DNA of 63,944 nucleotides, filler included, from Hyphochytrium catenoides (lineage: Eukaryota > Protista > Hyphochytriomycota): the NCBI GenBank assembly GCA_900088475.1. It is 8 parts of 8 records of this genome, joined end to end, with 100 filler letters (N's around TTAATTAATTAA, not from the genome) between each part and the next. Parts side by side here need not be neighbours in the genome. Positions count along the whole stretch, not along the records: positions 46,872 to 53,141 come from FLMG01002366.1; positions 53,242 to 55,720 come from FLMG01003537.1; positions 55,821 to 59,483 come from FLMG01002968.1; positions 59,584 to 62,125 come from FLMG01004049.1; 4 more parts are not named here. One strand, written 5' to 3'. Below are positions 46,872 to 60,537 of this stretch, piece by piece; position 1 is the stretch's first letter; each line of letters begins with the position of its first letter. The translations under genes and the position numbers were made by a program. The notes under the pieces are model-generated. The model did no database searches. It was not told where the DNA came from and saw only the letters and a program-made list of their open reading frames with translations.

Positions 46872-47468
46872 TTCTGTCCCTCTCCTTTTTGTCTCTCTCT
46901 TTCTCTCTCCTTCCCTTTGACAATTTCTTGTCAATCACCCAGTCGCCATCATATGTACTTTCTCTCTCTTCTGTCTACTCTCTCTCTCTGTGCGGGCACT
47001 TTTTATAAAAGATAAGTCATAGGTTTCCTTAGTCTTCAGAGTTCTCCTGATGGTGGAGGATCAGTCGCCCCACCATTCTATCTCATGTTGACCTTCCTTA
47101 CTCCTTCTATATTCCGTTACTCCTATCTTGTTTTATCTTTTCTATCGGCCAGTACCTCCTACGTACCTCCTACGTACTTCTAGATCGTTTCTGCTACCTT
47201 TGCTCCTCCTCCTCGCCTCATTGCTCTCTCTCTCTCTCTCTCTCTCTCTTCTTGATGCCCAGCACTCGGTATACTTCACTTGTAGGCACTGATGAGGAGA
47301 CAGATTGGTCCACCATCTCTTCAGACTCGCCCACCCGGCCCACAAGCAGCATCCCGAAGAGACGCTGTCTTCCGCAAGATGTTCTATGGGCGCCATTGCA
47401 CTTTCTTCTCTCTTTCTCCTTCCCTCTCTCTATCTCTTTCTAACTCTCTCATCTCGGTAGTTCGTTCT

Positions 47469-47560
47469 CGTTGACTCATAGATTCTGGGAGAGACTAAGA
47501 GGAGGAGAGAGAGAGAGAGAGAGAGAGACGTTGACTCATAAATTCTGGGAGAGACTAAGA

Positions 47561-47612
<52 letters not shown>
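47469..47612. repeat. 60-bp tandem duplication ending in (GA)n
   Basis: CGTTGACTCATA[G/A]ATTCTGGGAGAGACTAAGA at 47469 and 47529. Confidence 0.85.
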
Positions 47613-47614
<2 letters not shown>

Positions 47615-48507
47615 ATGACGGAGTGGGACCAAGACGCAGACGGAGGGTGACAGCAGAGTTAAGAGAGATGTACAAAGTAAGAGACAGACATAGGGATAAC
47701 CGGAGACAGAGAGATGAAGAGAGACAGAGAGGATAAAGAAAGAGAGAGAGGGAGAAGAAGAGCAGGGAGAGAGGAGAAAAAAAAAACGGAATGGGTCACC
47801 TGGTCTCTCTTGCCTGGCTCTGACTGACCAATCTTCCCTACAGGTCAGGCAGAATCTGGCTATCTCAATGCCACTCTGTCTTACAGAAAATGGTACTCTG
47901 TCTAGCGGTCCCGAGTGGTATCTCCAAGCCACCGACTACCGCCCACCCACCCCTCATCATGCAAGCTGGCTAACAGCCCCAGATAGACGGGTGGGAGATC
48001 TTTTCCTCCCCAACAAAGAGGAAGGGGTGGGTGGCCCATTGAAGCCATTATTTCAGTCATCAAAGAAGTGGGTGGGCCGTCCCCCCAGACAAGAGAAGCT
48101 AGGGTTAGGGTTGTAACGACGAGACACAGAGAGGAAGAGAGATAGATTGATTCTTAGGGAAGGAAGTACTACGAAACAAATAAGAGAGAAGACGAGATGA
48201 CAGGTATAGAGGCCTAAGATTTATTTAGGAGAAAGAAGGGACCAAGAAGGAAAGCCAACACCAAGCAGCAGCAAGCCGCGCCACCATCGGCAGCAGCAGC
48301 CACAGCGCCTCTTCATCATATTCTCTCTACGGCAGAAGGACTGGAAGATGAGTGACAGAGATGGAAGCAAACAGCGAGGATGGAAGGACCAGGAGGAGGA
48401 GGCAAGACCGAGCGCCGAAGGAAGAAGGAGGAGGAGAACAACGGTTCGGTGGACAAGGACGGCATGCGACGGACAAGGCATGATGCGATGATGATCATCT
48501 TTGCAGG

Positions 48508-48771
48508 GAAGAATGAGGAGAAGAGAGGAGGAACAGGTACTGTAAGGAGGAGGAATGCAGCCAGCAACGACCATGACGCCGCCGACATCTTTACTCTCAT
48601 AATAGCGAGATGGGTCTGTTGGCGAACGGATTTAGGTACAGAAGAATGAGGAGAAGAGAGGAGGAACAGGTAAGGAGGAGGAATGCAGCCAGCAACGACC
48701 ATGACCGCCGCCGACATCTTTACTTTCATAATAGCGAGATGGGTCTGTAGACGAACGGATTTAGATACAGA
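48508..48771. repeat. ~133-bp imperfect tandem duplication
   Basis: GAAGAATGAGGAGAAGAGAGGAGGAACAGGT...ATAGCGAGATGGGTCTGT...AACGGATTTAG at 48508 and 48641. Confidence 0.9.
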
Positions 48772-50380
48772 GGAGGAAGATAGACGACGGAGGCGACAAG
48801 ACGAAAAGTAAGAGATACCTACTATTATGAGAATATGTTGCGCTGTAATGTAAGCGAGGCTACGAAGAAAGCCACCGATACGGAAGAACTCTAGATCTGG
48901 GACAAAGAGGATAGACAGCGAGAAGCTCAGGAGTTTCGGCTTCTTCTTCAAACCAACAGCGGGCCGAGGATGGACTGTACCGGTCATTCTGCCTCTGCAA
49001 TGAACACATTATACACACGGCTGTGGCTGGCAGCAGTTAAGAATGGTACCACGGGTGGCGCCGCGACAATAACGATAGCTGCTCGTTGAACCTTCAAAAT
49101 GTAGGTGGAGCAGCTGTCTGTCGGCGCCCTTTCGCATGCTAGGCTTGTGCCATACAATAAGGCTGGTTTTCGCTGCCATGCCTTCTTGATTTATTGCTGT
49201 TACGCTCACCTGCGGTCTCTCCAATATAAGGAGGAGATATTGTATCGATAACCCATGGCACAGCTCTAGTGAGCAGCAGCCAATCGACGAGTCACTGTTA
49301 CTTTCATCAGCAAGCGCGTTTTTACTTATCGTCCAACGAACTTACTTCTCCGTGTTATTCCTCTTGATGAAAGGTCCACTACCATCATGAAGCCGGTGGC
49401 TCGTGGCTCTGGCGGAGCATTTGCACATTCTATAAATGATACCTATGAAAAGGGTTTTGAATAACTGAGACAAAACGAACAGCGTCCACACTCCTCGCCA
49501 CCCATTAGGTAGGTAGTAGTCCAAACTGAGCTGTACGTCTAGTGATAATCCTGCCGAAGCTCTGCGCAGGGTAAGTGCATGATGCCCATAGTGTTACTGC
49601 TCTGTAGGCGCATTCCATCACCATCCATCCTCTCTCATGAGACCGCCAGAGCGAGATAAGGGAGGGCGGTGGCTACAAGTATCGCAACGGGTGCTCCTTA
49701 TCTCAGGGTCTGGAAAGATATGCATCTAGTAGATATTCTCCATGTTTCACCATGGTCTGTGACACGATTACGAAGCTCTGTTCACGACTGCGAAGGGACG
49801 TCTAATAATAAGCGTCAAGAGGAAAGCTAGAAGGGTGACTTTGACCCCGCAGAGTATCCACGCACTCTTCTAGATGGAACTTGTGAGCCCTTCCGTCTCT
49901 TGCAGGGCCCAGTGAAGTTCAGAAAGAACCCGAAAGCCAAGCCGATGTGTCCTCATTGTGCCCAGAGTTCCCTATATAAGAGAGCCGTCCCAAAGTCTCA
50001 CGAGAAGTAGACGCAACAATCCGCAAACTCTTACAATCCGAATGACACAATCTCCCTCTTCTCCTCCTGGCTTTGGTAAGGCAGCCTTACACGGCAGGGG
50101 AAGTAACAGACCTCAGGAGGGGTTCCTAACTTACGCACTCACACTGTAAGAGTACTGCTCCCGGGTAAACTCCACAAGCGCTGTGAGGGCCCATACTACG
50201 TCAGGGTTTAGCTGTATGGCTCCCAAGCATCTTTTATTCGTGCTTATAGAACTCTCCGTGGCACAGCAGACGGACTTTTGACTAGGATACCTGCTGGGCA
50301 CCCATCCCATAGCCGCCTGAGACAGCACTCTAACCCAACATCTCAATGTTCTGACTCCTGCACTTCGCCAAACCAACTGT

Positions 50381-51093
50381 TTACTCATTTTCCTCAGCAC
50401 GAAGCTTGGCGTTAGCGTTGGTCACCTATTGTGCACCAATTCACTTGTGTCAGCAACCCATAAGCTTGTGTAGATGAAAACAGCAGTGTTACCTTGACGC
50501 CGAGCTGCTCAGCGCGCTCAACAATTGCCTTGCGCTTCTTTGCAGAAACATTGTGTGCGATCTCAGCACAGTACTTTCTGTTGTGCATGAGGAGGAGCTC
50601 GAGGTCGGCAACGTTGTTCACGACGAACTTGTAGAAACCGTTGGGCAGCTACGTAGGAACAGAGTACGTCAGTTAGACTACGATAGTACATAATCGTGGC
50701 AAAAGGAGGCTTCAACTGCTAAGTTGATACGTACAACTAGAAATTAGGTGAAGGCGAAAGAGCGAAAGAGCCCAGACGAGAGTTATTCATCGTGATGATA
50801 CTTACGAGGTTGCGGGTCTTCTTGTTGGATCCGTAACCAGTGTTAGGCATGCGAATCGCACCCTTGAAGCGGCGCCTTACACGGCCATCGATACCCTTAG
50901 GCTTCCTCCATGACTCCTATAACCCCAGAGAAAGAAGAAGGCTCCATCATCAGAGGAAGGCTGTTATGACGTTAGGTAGTCGTGCGAAACAACTTACAGG
51001 GACGCGGAGGAAGTTGTCAGACTGGTGGCGTCTGAACTTGGTCACCTTCTTCTTGACGACCTTTCTGCGGACGGCGGGAGTAATCTTCACCAT
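50381..51093 (-). CDS. RPL32: 60S ribosomal protein L32 (eL32); 4 coding exons plus a probable 5'-UTR intron (51094-51241)
   Basis: [32 protein letters not shown]|[19 protein letters not shown]...[11 protein letters not shown]|[35 protein letters not shown]...|[14 protein letters not shown]; all junctions are GT-AG. Confidence 0.98.
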
Positions 51094-52392
51094 CTGTAGG
51101 GAATGAGCCAATCAGTCTACCGAGCTGCAAGACCACGCCAGCTTTATTCTGCTAGAACCTTTCTCATTCAGGACGAGCTCACGCGAGATGAGCTGACCAT
51201 CGAACAGCTCTATCTATGAAATCCCTAACCTTGTATCTTACCTTTCCTATAGAGTGCTTGGGGGAGCTCTAGGAGAGATTATAACGAGGAGTGGGCTCGG
51301 GAAAGAAACGGAGACCATCGTGGCTTCAGGCATCGCTGCGCTCCTCCGTTCATCTTCACCGCGGCACTCAGAAGCGGTGGTGCCGCCACCACTGCCTCTC
51401 AATGGACGTAGTAATATGCATGGTCGTTAGTACTGTAGCTTCCCCCTCTAAATGCTAACTACCACAAAGAAAGGTAATAATATTCTCTAGTCAAAATAGT
51501 AGATGGACGAGTCTGGTAATAAGACTAGACCTGGAAAATCTATGGGTACGAAGGCATATTATTTTCTACCCAGAGCTCCCCTCGTACGAATGAGCCGAGA
51601 GCGGGTAACCGCTTTGAGTTCTACTTGGTTTGGAGAAGCCATAGAGACGGTAACCGCTATTATGCTATTATTGGCTGGGAAGAAGTTGATAGGTAGCGGG
51701 TAATAACTAATAACCGGACGACGGAGTACTAATTAATTATTAAGCTGTCGCGTCTCTATTATTGCTACTACCGGGGATACTGGCGGGTTTTGTCAAGCCG
51801 AGCAAGAAGAAAGATTGTACTTCAAGGTAATAGTAGTGGTCGCGGTGGTGGTGAGACTAGAAGAAAAAGAATGAAGTAAAATTAACAAAAGAGGAGGACT
51901 GACGACGACGGACCTTCTTGGTCTTCTTCGACGAGGGGAAGTTGTTAATGTTGTCGAGGAAGAAGAGCGAAGAAACATAGCCAAGGCTGATAATATGAAG
52001 GGTTTTTCCTCTTCTATGGTCGAATTTATCCACTGACTATCATTCTTGGCAGCACCACTACTTACTACTTAAATTACTAAAGGGATGATCCCCTCATCAC
52101 GATGCACGATAGTACATATATCCTGCGGTTGTCCACGATTGCCAGGGATGCGGAGAAGATGGAGAAATCACACGTCGTCCTCCCGGCAGTGCTTCATGAA
52201 CAGTCGTCGTAGCAAGCGCTACATCTAAACTAGGGAAGGAGAACAGAAGACTATATATAATAATATTATCTGATACAAGCGCTTCCTCAGTCTGCTGCAA
52301 AGAGGCTGTTCTGCTTCTATGTGTGATTTATCAAAGTCCGATCGAGCCGGCGAATGAGCAACAACTAGCAATTGAGAAGGTGGGTGCTGCTC

Positions 52393-52456
52393 TCTTGCAC
52401 TTAATAATGAACATTACAATCTTCTTGCACTTAATAATGAACATTACAATCTTCTT
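52393..52456. repeat. 30-bp perfect tandem duplication
   Basis: TCTTGCACTTAATAATGAACATTACAATCT x2. Confidence 0.9.
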
Positions 52457-53141
52457 CTCTTTCCTCCTCCAGCACTTTACTTCTTCCGTGGTACCACGTG
52501 GTGGTGGCAATAATGCTGCGAATCATGAACGTAGTAAGTGGAGAGAAGGATGGTGATAATGATGAGCAGCGCTATCATTAGTACTTTACGCTTTGATGTT
52601 AGTCATGATTAGCAAGCAGCAGTATTATTGTTTCCACCACCACCATGTCGTAGTAGCACCACAGAAGAATTAAAGTGGTGGAAGAAAAAGAGCGTAATAT
52701 GTTGGTCATCGTTGGGATGAGAAAGGAAGAAAGCTCTCCTTCCACGTAATCTTCATCACCATCATCATCATCGTCGCCATCTGCAGCTGCTGCTCATCAT
52801 CATCATGATTCTTCTTCAGCAAAAACCGAGCAGGTGTAGTTGTACTGCGTAGTACGCTGTCCAGCATAAAGTTTTCCTTCTTCCTTCTATGCACTATTCT
52901 AAATAACTTAGTTATAAATTGAGAACGAATAGAGCCAGCCCGTACCTATATCTAACCTGTATGGATATGTCACCACTTTGCCCAGCTCTTTGCCCCCTCC
53001 CAATCAGCTGGTCGGACATTAAACGCTCCACCCTTATTACTGGTTTGAACAAAGGCGAGGACAGAGAGAGAGAGACATGGGAAGACGCAGAGAAAGAGAG
53101 AGAGAAGACAGAGAGACAGAGAGAGAGAGACAGAGAGAGAG

Positions 53142-53241
53142 NNNNNNNNNNNNNNNNNNNNNNNNNNNNNNNNNNNNNNNNNNNNTTAATTAATTAANNN
53201 NNNNNNNNNNNNNNNNNNNNNNNNNNNNNNNNNNNNNNNNN
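53142..53241. other. Artificial contig linker
   Basis: N44-TTAATTAATTAA-N44. Confidence 0.99.
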
Positions 53242-55720
53242 CTCATCGCGCCTGTCTTTTCTAGAGGCGTCTTCGGAGAGCCGCCATCTGAAGGCGTGAC
53301 GGACGATCAGCTGAGAGTTTACCTGCTGCAGTGGGCGCAAGGGCTCAAGGGAAGCATCATCTCTAACATTGACACGCTCTCTCCGTACACGGGGATCTTC
53401 CTCACGCGAGAGAAAGAGAAACAGCGCCTCGTGGTGCTTGACAGCGCCATTAGCGCGGGAATGTTAGGGAAGCTTGGCATTCAGAATCACGTCCTGCAGA
53501 TCTATGGCTCGGACATTGACAGCTACCTGGACTGGTCAGCAGACGTGACAGGCAACCTTGAAGCTGTTCTCTGTCTGCTGGGGCTCAAGTATGAAGATCA
53601 CATCGCCTCTGTCCTTGGAGGCTTGTTCCTGGGAGACACAGCGTTCTATGGGACGATTGAGAAGGAAGCAAGCAAGTTCCTCATCCTCAAGCAATGTCTG
53701 CGTGTCCCAGACATTGAGAGCAGAGTGGACCTCATCATGAAGAGCGCCAAGAGGTTCGTCTGGAACAGTTATAAGAAGCGCTACCTCGGCCCCAACCGCC
53801 TGACCATCAAAGAGACCAACTTTGGCTATCGCTTCGGAAACACCTACTCTGCCTCTGTTGAGATCTCTGTCGGGAGACTGAAGTCGTCTATGAGCTACTT
53901 CGCAAGCAGAGGCCAGCCCAACATCTATCAGATGGCGGCAGGCAACGTAGCGAGCTGCATCTTTGGCTATACGGACAGAGTGCTGAAGGTCAGGTCTGAC
54001 ATTGCCAATAGGAACTGGTACCAAGGAATGTACAGATCTGAGGCAGAGAATGAGACGCGACGCGTCTTCTTCGAGGGCTGTATGGGCGATATGCTGGACA
54101 CCTCCGAATTCCGCTACTCTCAGGTCATCACCGGCGTCCCTGAGGTCGTCTCCGGAGCCGTCTACAAGGTCAAGAGCCTCAATGTCTACAAGCCGCGTGA
54201 TGATGTCTACACGTTCCCTGGGTCGCCGTACTGGCCGCGCTCTGAGAAGACGGACATTAGCCTTGAAGGCCGGGCAAAGTCGCCGTACAATGAGAAGCTT
54301 ATCATCCGGCTCTATCGGCAGCTGGAGCATGCCTATAATAAGACTCTTGGGCCCGTCAAGAACTTTGCTAGGGACTCGACCTACGCCACTGTCTTCTACC
54401 GACAGGCAGGCTGCACCGCTGATCCTGCTCCCTTCGCCAGTCCACAGGTCGTGGGCGGGTTGTACATCGCGACCTTTGAGAACCAATGCAAGTTCACCTA
54501 CGTGCCCAACTCTCTCGAGCTGCGCTCTGTCTACGGAGAGGAGATGTGTACCAAGGAAGGCGAGGTGCCAGTGGTGAAGGAAGGCCAGCGCGGCAACGGC
54601 AGCACATCCTCTGTGGACATGCTGCTGGCGTACAATAGCGGCCTTGGCTACTGGCTCTCCACCGAGGGATCACGTGCTTTTGACCTCATGGCCTGCCATT
54701 GGGGCGGCGTCAAGGGCTCCGTGGGCTTCCGTAAGGACGTGCTTGACATGCTGCAGGACGATAGCGTGAGAAGGACATACGTGACGTACACGGCAGGGTA
54801 TAACAAGGTCTTCTATAACATTCTGGTCAGTATCAGCGTGCTCGCAGGGCTGCTCTATGTGAAGCAAACCCTAGTCTTCATGAAGCACACGCTGCAAGTT
54901 CTCCGGTTAGACAAAGAGAACTGGTTCCACCCCGGCCCACGTGTGCTAGAAGAGGCAGTGGCTTCTTCTATTGACATCTCCTCTCGCGTGTATGAGTCTC
55001 TCTCTCTCTTGGAGAAGCTCCTGATGTCTCTTGGATCTATCGGCCTCATCTCCTCCACCGTCGCGCCCACAATCACTTATGATCAAGGCTTTCTCGTCGT
55101 CTGGCACTATCAGAGCCTTGCTTACATCTGGTGGGACTCTGCTCTTCTGCTGAAGTTCAAGCTGGCGGTCGCTGTCGTCTCTCTCGCGACGATCTGGCAG
55201 CCTTCTGGACAGCGGAGAGGCGTCCTGGAGGTCTATGGCAATGGCTTCCGACGGCGTTTGAAGTACACGCTCTGGACAGCCGTGCATCTCTTCTACGCCA
55301 CGGAGGTTGGGCTTCTCTCTACGATCCTTCTTCCCGCTGTCTCTGAGCTCAGCTCCTTCATCATTGAGCCCGTGGTTGTCGTCCTTGCCGCCGCGGTGAT
55401 GAGCGTTGGTCTCATCACGAAGCAGCAGGCCAAGTACGTCATTGATGACTCTACAGCCAGCGCCACCTTTGGCAGCGTCGGCGCGCTAGCAAAGTTCTGC
55501 CGCGTGAAGCAGATTCTCTTCTCTGAAGGCCTGGTGAAGCGCTCTCAGAGCGGAGATTCATCGTGTTCCTTCCACTTGGCGGTCTGCTATCGAGTTCTGC
55601 TTGAAGGTTTGAGAGAGAGAGACGTCAAGGATCCAGCAGAGATTCACTTGGGGCAGCACACAGTGGAGATTCATCCCGGTCGTCGAGGGTTAACAGCTGT
55701 GGAAGATGAAGGGAATGGCG
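53242..55720 (+). CDS. Uncharacterised large membrane protein (partial at both ends): >500-aa soluble domain followed by ~6 hydrophobic segments
   Basis: One frame is open across the whole 2479-bp contig, with high-complexity sequence and C/G-ending codon bias. N-x-S/T sites (NET, NKT, NGS). Hydrophobic stretches start at VFYNILVSISVLAGLLYV. No domain recognised. Confidence 0.85.
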
Positions 55721-55820
55721 NNNNNNNNNNNNNNNNNNNNNNNNNNNNNNNNNNNNNNNNNNNNTTAATTAATTAANNNNNNNNNNNNNNNNNNNNNNNN
55801 NNNNNNNNNNNNNNNNNNNN
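55721..55820. other. Artificial contig linker
   Basis: N44-TTAATTAATTAA-N44. Confidence 0.99.
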
Positions 55821-58800
55821 TCCCTCACGTTTCAATCTTTTTATTCCCTCTCTCTCTCTTTTCCGCTCCCTGTCGTTCTTTCTCTCCTCCGTCCTTCTGT
55901 CTGACTGTAGGTGCCTAGGACTAAATTTCACTATTGCCAGCTACAAACTGCCGTACCTTCTTCTTCCGTGTCTTGGCTCCTGCATCTTTTCACAGTTCTA
56001 TCCTTCACTTCTTTCTCTTAATAAAATGGCCATTTAAGGGTGATCAGAGGTCTGCCTAATATTGGTGTGAGAGAGTGGAGGAAAGATAATGATACGCTGC
56101 TTGAACCCCATCCTTAAGCGAAGCCTCCGGAAGAGAAATACTAAAGAGAGGCGAAATGGGAAGGAAGAAGAGACAGAAAGAAAGCGAGAGACAGAGACCG
56201 TGAGAACAAGAATGAGAGGTGGAAAGAGGGACGGAGAGAGAAGGGAGAGAGCAGAAGAGAGAGAGAGAGAGGAGAGGGGAGAAGACTAAAAAGAGGGTCA
56301 TATTGATGAGCTAATTCTTCCTTCGTCGTTTCATGTTCTCTTCACCGTCTTCTCTCGCGCGCGCACATATCTAACTTCGTTTGTTGCTGCTGAGCTGCTC
56401 AGCTGCGCGCACATCTCCTTCAGTCTGCAATGCATCTTAGTTGGGGAACAGGCTCTAAGCTGGCCAGTGGAACGTGGGAGAGAGACCCGGAAGCCAGCAG
56501 TGAAGAGCAACGCAGGTTGACGAGGAGAACGAAGAAGGAATCATTGAGTCCGGATAAAGAAGAGCAATTATATTGGAACGAAGGGGAAGGGGCCACAGAA
56601 GAAAGAGAGAAGAGATAAGCGTCACAAGTGACAAGCAGCTTCATTTTTTGAAAGGGGCGAAGAGAGGCAGATAGACAGAGACAGAGCGAAGGACAGAAAG
56701 GGAAAGAGAGAAAAATGGAGAGAGACTTCACTCCGAGGAGAGGAGAAAAAGGAGATGTCAGGGGGGAAAGGGAGGTCGACAAAAGTTAGAGAGAAAGATG
56801 CAGAGAGATGAAGAGGAGAGAGAGAGAGAAAACTCACCGGCAACTATCGTGGTCGGGCTTCTAAGAGATGGCAACCTCACTTTCCCGTCTGCGTCGATAG
56901 AATTTACAGCGAAATATCAGAGCTGGCTCTTCTTCTCCTTGTAAGCCTTTCTTCTTCTCTCAGCTCTGTCCTCTCTCGAACGCGAGAGTCTTCTACGCTT
57001 TTGGTGCATTTTTAATGCTTTTTGCGATCGTCTTGCGCCCTTCTCATGGTCTGCCGTGGTCTGTCTTCTAAATGTTCGAGGGAAGAAGAGTCCAGCTACA
57101 GATACAAAGGAACGGGAAAAGCGATGAGGGGAGAGCGGGAAAGAAGACAACGAGAGAAAGAACAAGAGAAACGAGAGGACTGATAGGAGAGAGTGAGAGA
57201 AAGAGAGGGAGGGAAGGAAGAAGGACGTGGGAGGGGGGGAAGGAGAAGAAGCAGGGAGGAAGGAGGAAGAGAGATAAAAAGAAAGGAGAGCAAGAGAGGA
57301 AGAGGGATCTGGTATAGGGATAGGCAGGAAGGGAATACAAGTCAGGGCTTTTAGGCGAGAGGAAGAGAGAGAGAGGGAAGAAGGGACGTCGCAAGGATTC
57401 CGAAGGAGAGAGAGAAGACAATAAGGGAAAGTGTCTAGCGGAAGAGAGGAGACAGAAAAGAGAGAGCGGTAAAGGTGGAGGAGAGAGAGAGACGGTGACA
57501 GTAAGAAAGAAAGGAAGAGAGAGAGTCGAAGATTGAGAGAGAGGGACCGAGAAAAAAGTCTACCTTCAGAGGCTTACGAAGTTCCTCCTGATTCAACAAT
57601 CGTCGCCATCCATTTCTCTCTCTCTCTCTCTTCATTCTGCGCTTTGGGAAACTCTAAATCCTGCTGCTTTAGCGTCTGACTGAGCTCGATCGTCTGTCTG
57701 ATCTGACGGTGTGCTGGATCTTTCTCCATCTCAGTATTGCGAGCTGAGCATCCAGATCTCCCTCCTCGTCTCTCTCTCGGAAGGAGAGGAAGAAGGGAAA
57801 AGGAGCTGAGTGCGTAGATAAAAGGTCTTTGCGATGATGTCTTCACACTTTTGGCAAGCGTACTCAACGGCCTTGTTAACCTCGGTGACGACCTCATCCC
57901 GAGTCCCTGTTCGGCATCTGGAGCGCTGCATACAAAAACTCGTCCGATAGCATACCAACACTAGTCCCGATGTTTGACCCTGATTGGAGTAAGCCATTCT
58001 GAGGCTGCATGTACGAAATCAGAAGTCAGCCGAAGATCCGCGGCAACCATAGCAATGGCCGTCGCTGCTGGGTCTGGTCCAGGCAACAGCTCTTGTTGTT
58101 CCAGACGGAACTTTCAAAAACGATGTCGTCGTAAACGTCCGCTGTCAGGAGCAGATTGCTCGCCTGCTACTTTGATTGTACAGAGAAGACTCCGCTCCAT
58201 CGGACTCTCTCTGGCAATTGACGTACTCTCTCTCTCCTTAGTGTCTTTTCTGCTTACTCGGTGCCGAAGGATTCAAGGTCTTTCTTCTCCACCGATAAGC
58301 CCTTTCTCCTCCTCTTTCTGTGTCTCTCTCTTTCATTGTCCAAGCTCCTCTATCTACTCCACTGAGTCCTGTTCTCATTGTCTATCTACTGTTGTTTCTC
58401 TTTATGCGTCTCTCTCTCTCTCTCTCTGGTCCCCGGTCTTCTCTTGTTTTCCTTTCTGCGCTCAAAAAGTGACTGCTGCAGCGGAGACGAAGAAAGAGGA
58501 AGCTCCAGTTTTCCGCCACAGTCTCTCCGCTAGAGAGATACTTCTGAGTAAAGGAAGTAAATGAATGTAAGACTATGGTGCTTATCAAGCAAGGTAGAGG
58601 AAAAAGAGTAAAGAGAGATGGAGAGAGAGAGAGAGAGGGGAGGAGAGAGAGAGAGAGAGACCAAGAAGAGAGAGAGACAGTGAGAGAGAAAGAGATAGAG
58701 AGACGGAGAGAGAGAGAGCCAGAAAGAGAAAGAGAGAGAGAGAGTCCATCGTCAACTTCTCCCTCTGACTGTGTTGTTCTTTCGCTTTTCGGTTCCTGCA

Positions 58801-59483
58801 GCAAAGGGAGATCGTCGCTTCGGCATTGCCTGTCCTATTGATATAGGGGCTTAGGGGAAGGAGAAATTAAGACATCAAGGAACAGAACAAGGAGCGTGAA
58901 CATGGAGATATAGATAGAGGTACAAAGAGAGAGAGAGGCGGTACTCTGTCTCTTCGGTGAGACTGTCGGAAGAGCAAGAGGTGCCTCATCCTCTCGAGAA
59001 AGAGGACATGACGATATCTTCTCTTGTTGAGGAGAAAACTAAACACTCTCCTGGACTTTGTCTTTGTTGAAAGGGAAGAGATTCTGACTTCTCTCTTGTT
59101 AGGGTCTCGATCTGCCCTCCCGTGGCCCGACGACTTCATCGACAGGAGAGACTTCTTTCCGCCTCCCTAATATCAACTTACAGCAAATCTCGGGGGCTTC
59201 TTTCTCTGCCAGAACTGGCTCTGATCCTCATTCCTTCTGTCTTTCAGCTTACTACCTAATGAGGTCTATCTATTCTGGTTACTTTCAATCTCCCTTAACT
59301 TCTCAGCAGCCTCTGAGGCTAGAAACTCAGTCACATGATGTGATGGCTCTGTCCCAACACACACGAAGCTACTGACGGAGCATCTTCTATTGTACGGATT
59401 GATTAGTAGTCTAGTTAAGTCATGAAGGCGTCAGAGTGTAGTATGTAAGAAGAGTGAGTCAATGGGTTTAGCTAAGTCTTCGC

Positions 59484-59583
59484 NNNNNNNNNNNNNNNNN
59501 NNNNNNNNNNNNNNNNNNNNNNNNNNNTTAATTAATTAANNNNNNNNNNNNNNNNNNNNNNNNNNNNNNNNNNNNNNNNNNNN
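59484..59583. other. Artificial contig linker
   Basis: N44-TTAATTAATTAA-N44. Confidence 0.99.
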
Positions 59584-60010
59584 AACGCAAGCTGTGGGCG
59601 TAGCGCTCTGCGGAGGCGGCATAAAGATACGGCGGTGATGAGATGATGACGAGAGCAAAAGAGAGAGAAAAGGCAGATGCAGAGACGGAAACAGAGAGAG
59701 TCAAGCATGAGGAACACAACCCCATTAGTGTGCTCTTCATTGAGCGAAGCAAGGAACGTTGAAACAGAGACTGAGCTTTCTAAGGGCTAATATGTCGACA
59801 GAGTGAGAGTGAGAGTGTGTGTGTGTGAGAGAGAGAGAGGGAGACAGAGTATGGAGAGACTGAATCTAATGAGGCAGGCAGCTAGAGGACAAACGGCATA
59901 AAGTCAAGCCGACGCCGACGCTCGAGGCAGGGATCATTAACCTGCTGCAGTGATGCTGATGAGAAGGGTAAAGTGGACAAGAGACAGAGCACACGATAGA
60001 TATTCTCGAG

Positions 60011-60489
60011 GTGACCTGTTCTATTCTGATAGGCTCAGTCTTCAGTACGATTCCAGTCGACACTGAGCAGCGAGGAAGATCATACTCGACCATCGTCCTG
60101 TCCTCAGCAACAGAGAAGAGAAGGGGCTGTCTTTCAACATTCATACCGAACTCAAGCCCTGAGAAGATAGTCACAGCAGAGAGAGGCGCAAGGTGAGACA
60201 AAGGAGAGAGAGAGATCCATGGTTTCGGCGACTCCCCTCTCGAAGTCTTCTACTGACGGCCAATGTTGGTGTCTAGCACCCGCCGCCTCCTACTTGCCCT
60301 TCCACTGTCTCTATGCATGCACAAGTCCTCCGCTACCTCCATGCAGCAGCTCTCTTTTCGTTCTTTCACTTATCTCGTACAAAAAGAGCGTCTTCTGGTC
60401 TCATATTCCTGCTTTCTAATCAGCTCTCTTTCGCGCACCTGTTTTCCATTCTCTCTCTCCCTCTCTTCTCCTCTCTCTCTCTCTTCTCC

Positions 60490-60537
<48 letters not shown>

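Noticed and set aside
48099-48116. TAGGGTTAGGGTT (and CCTAACCCTAAACCCCTAA at ~36328) as telomeric repeats
   Set aside because: Only 2-3 imperfect units, internal to contigs.
57574-58200. Protein-like minus-strand fragments (DEVVTEVNKAVEYACQKCEDIIAK; EMEKDPAHRQIRQTIEL)
   Set aside because: Frames are interrupted and no family is recognised; could be a relic but is not supportable.
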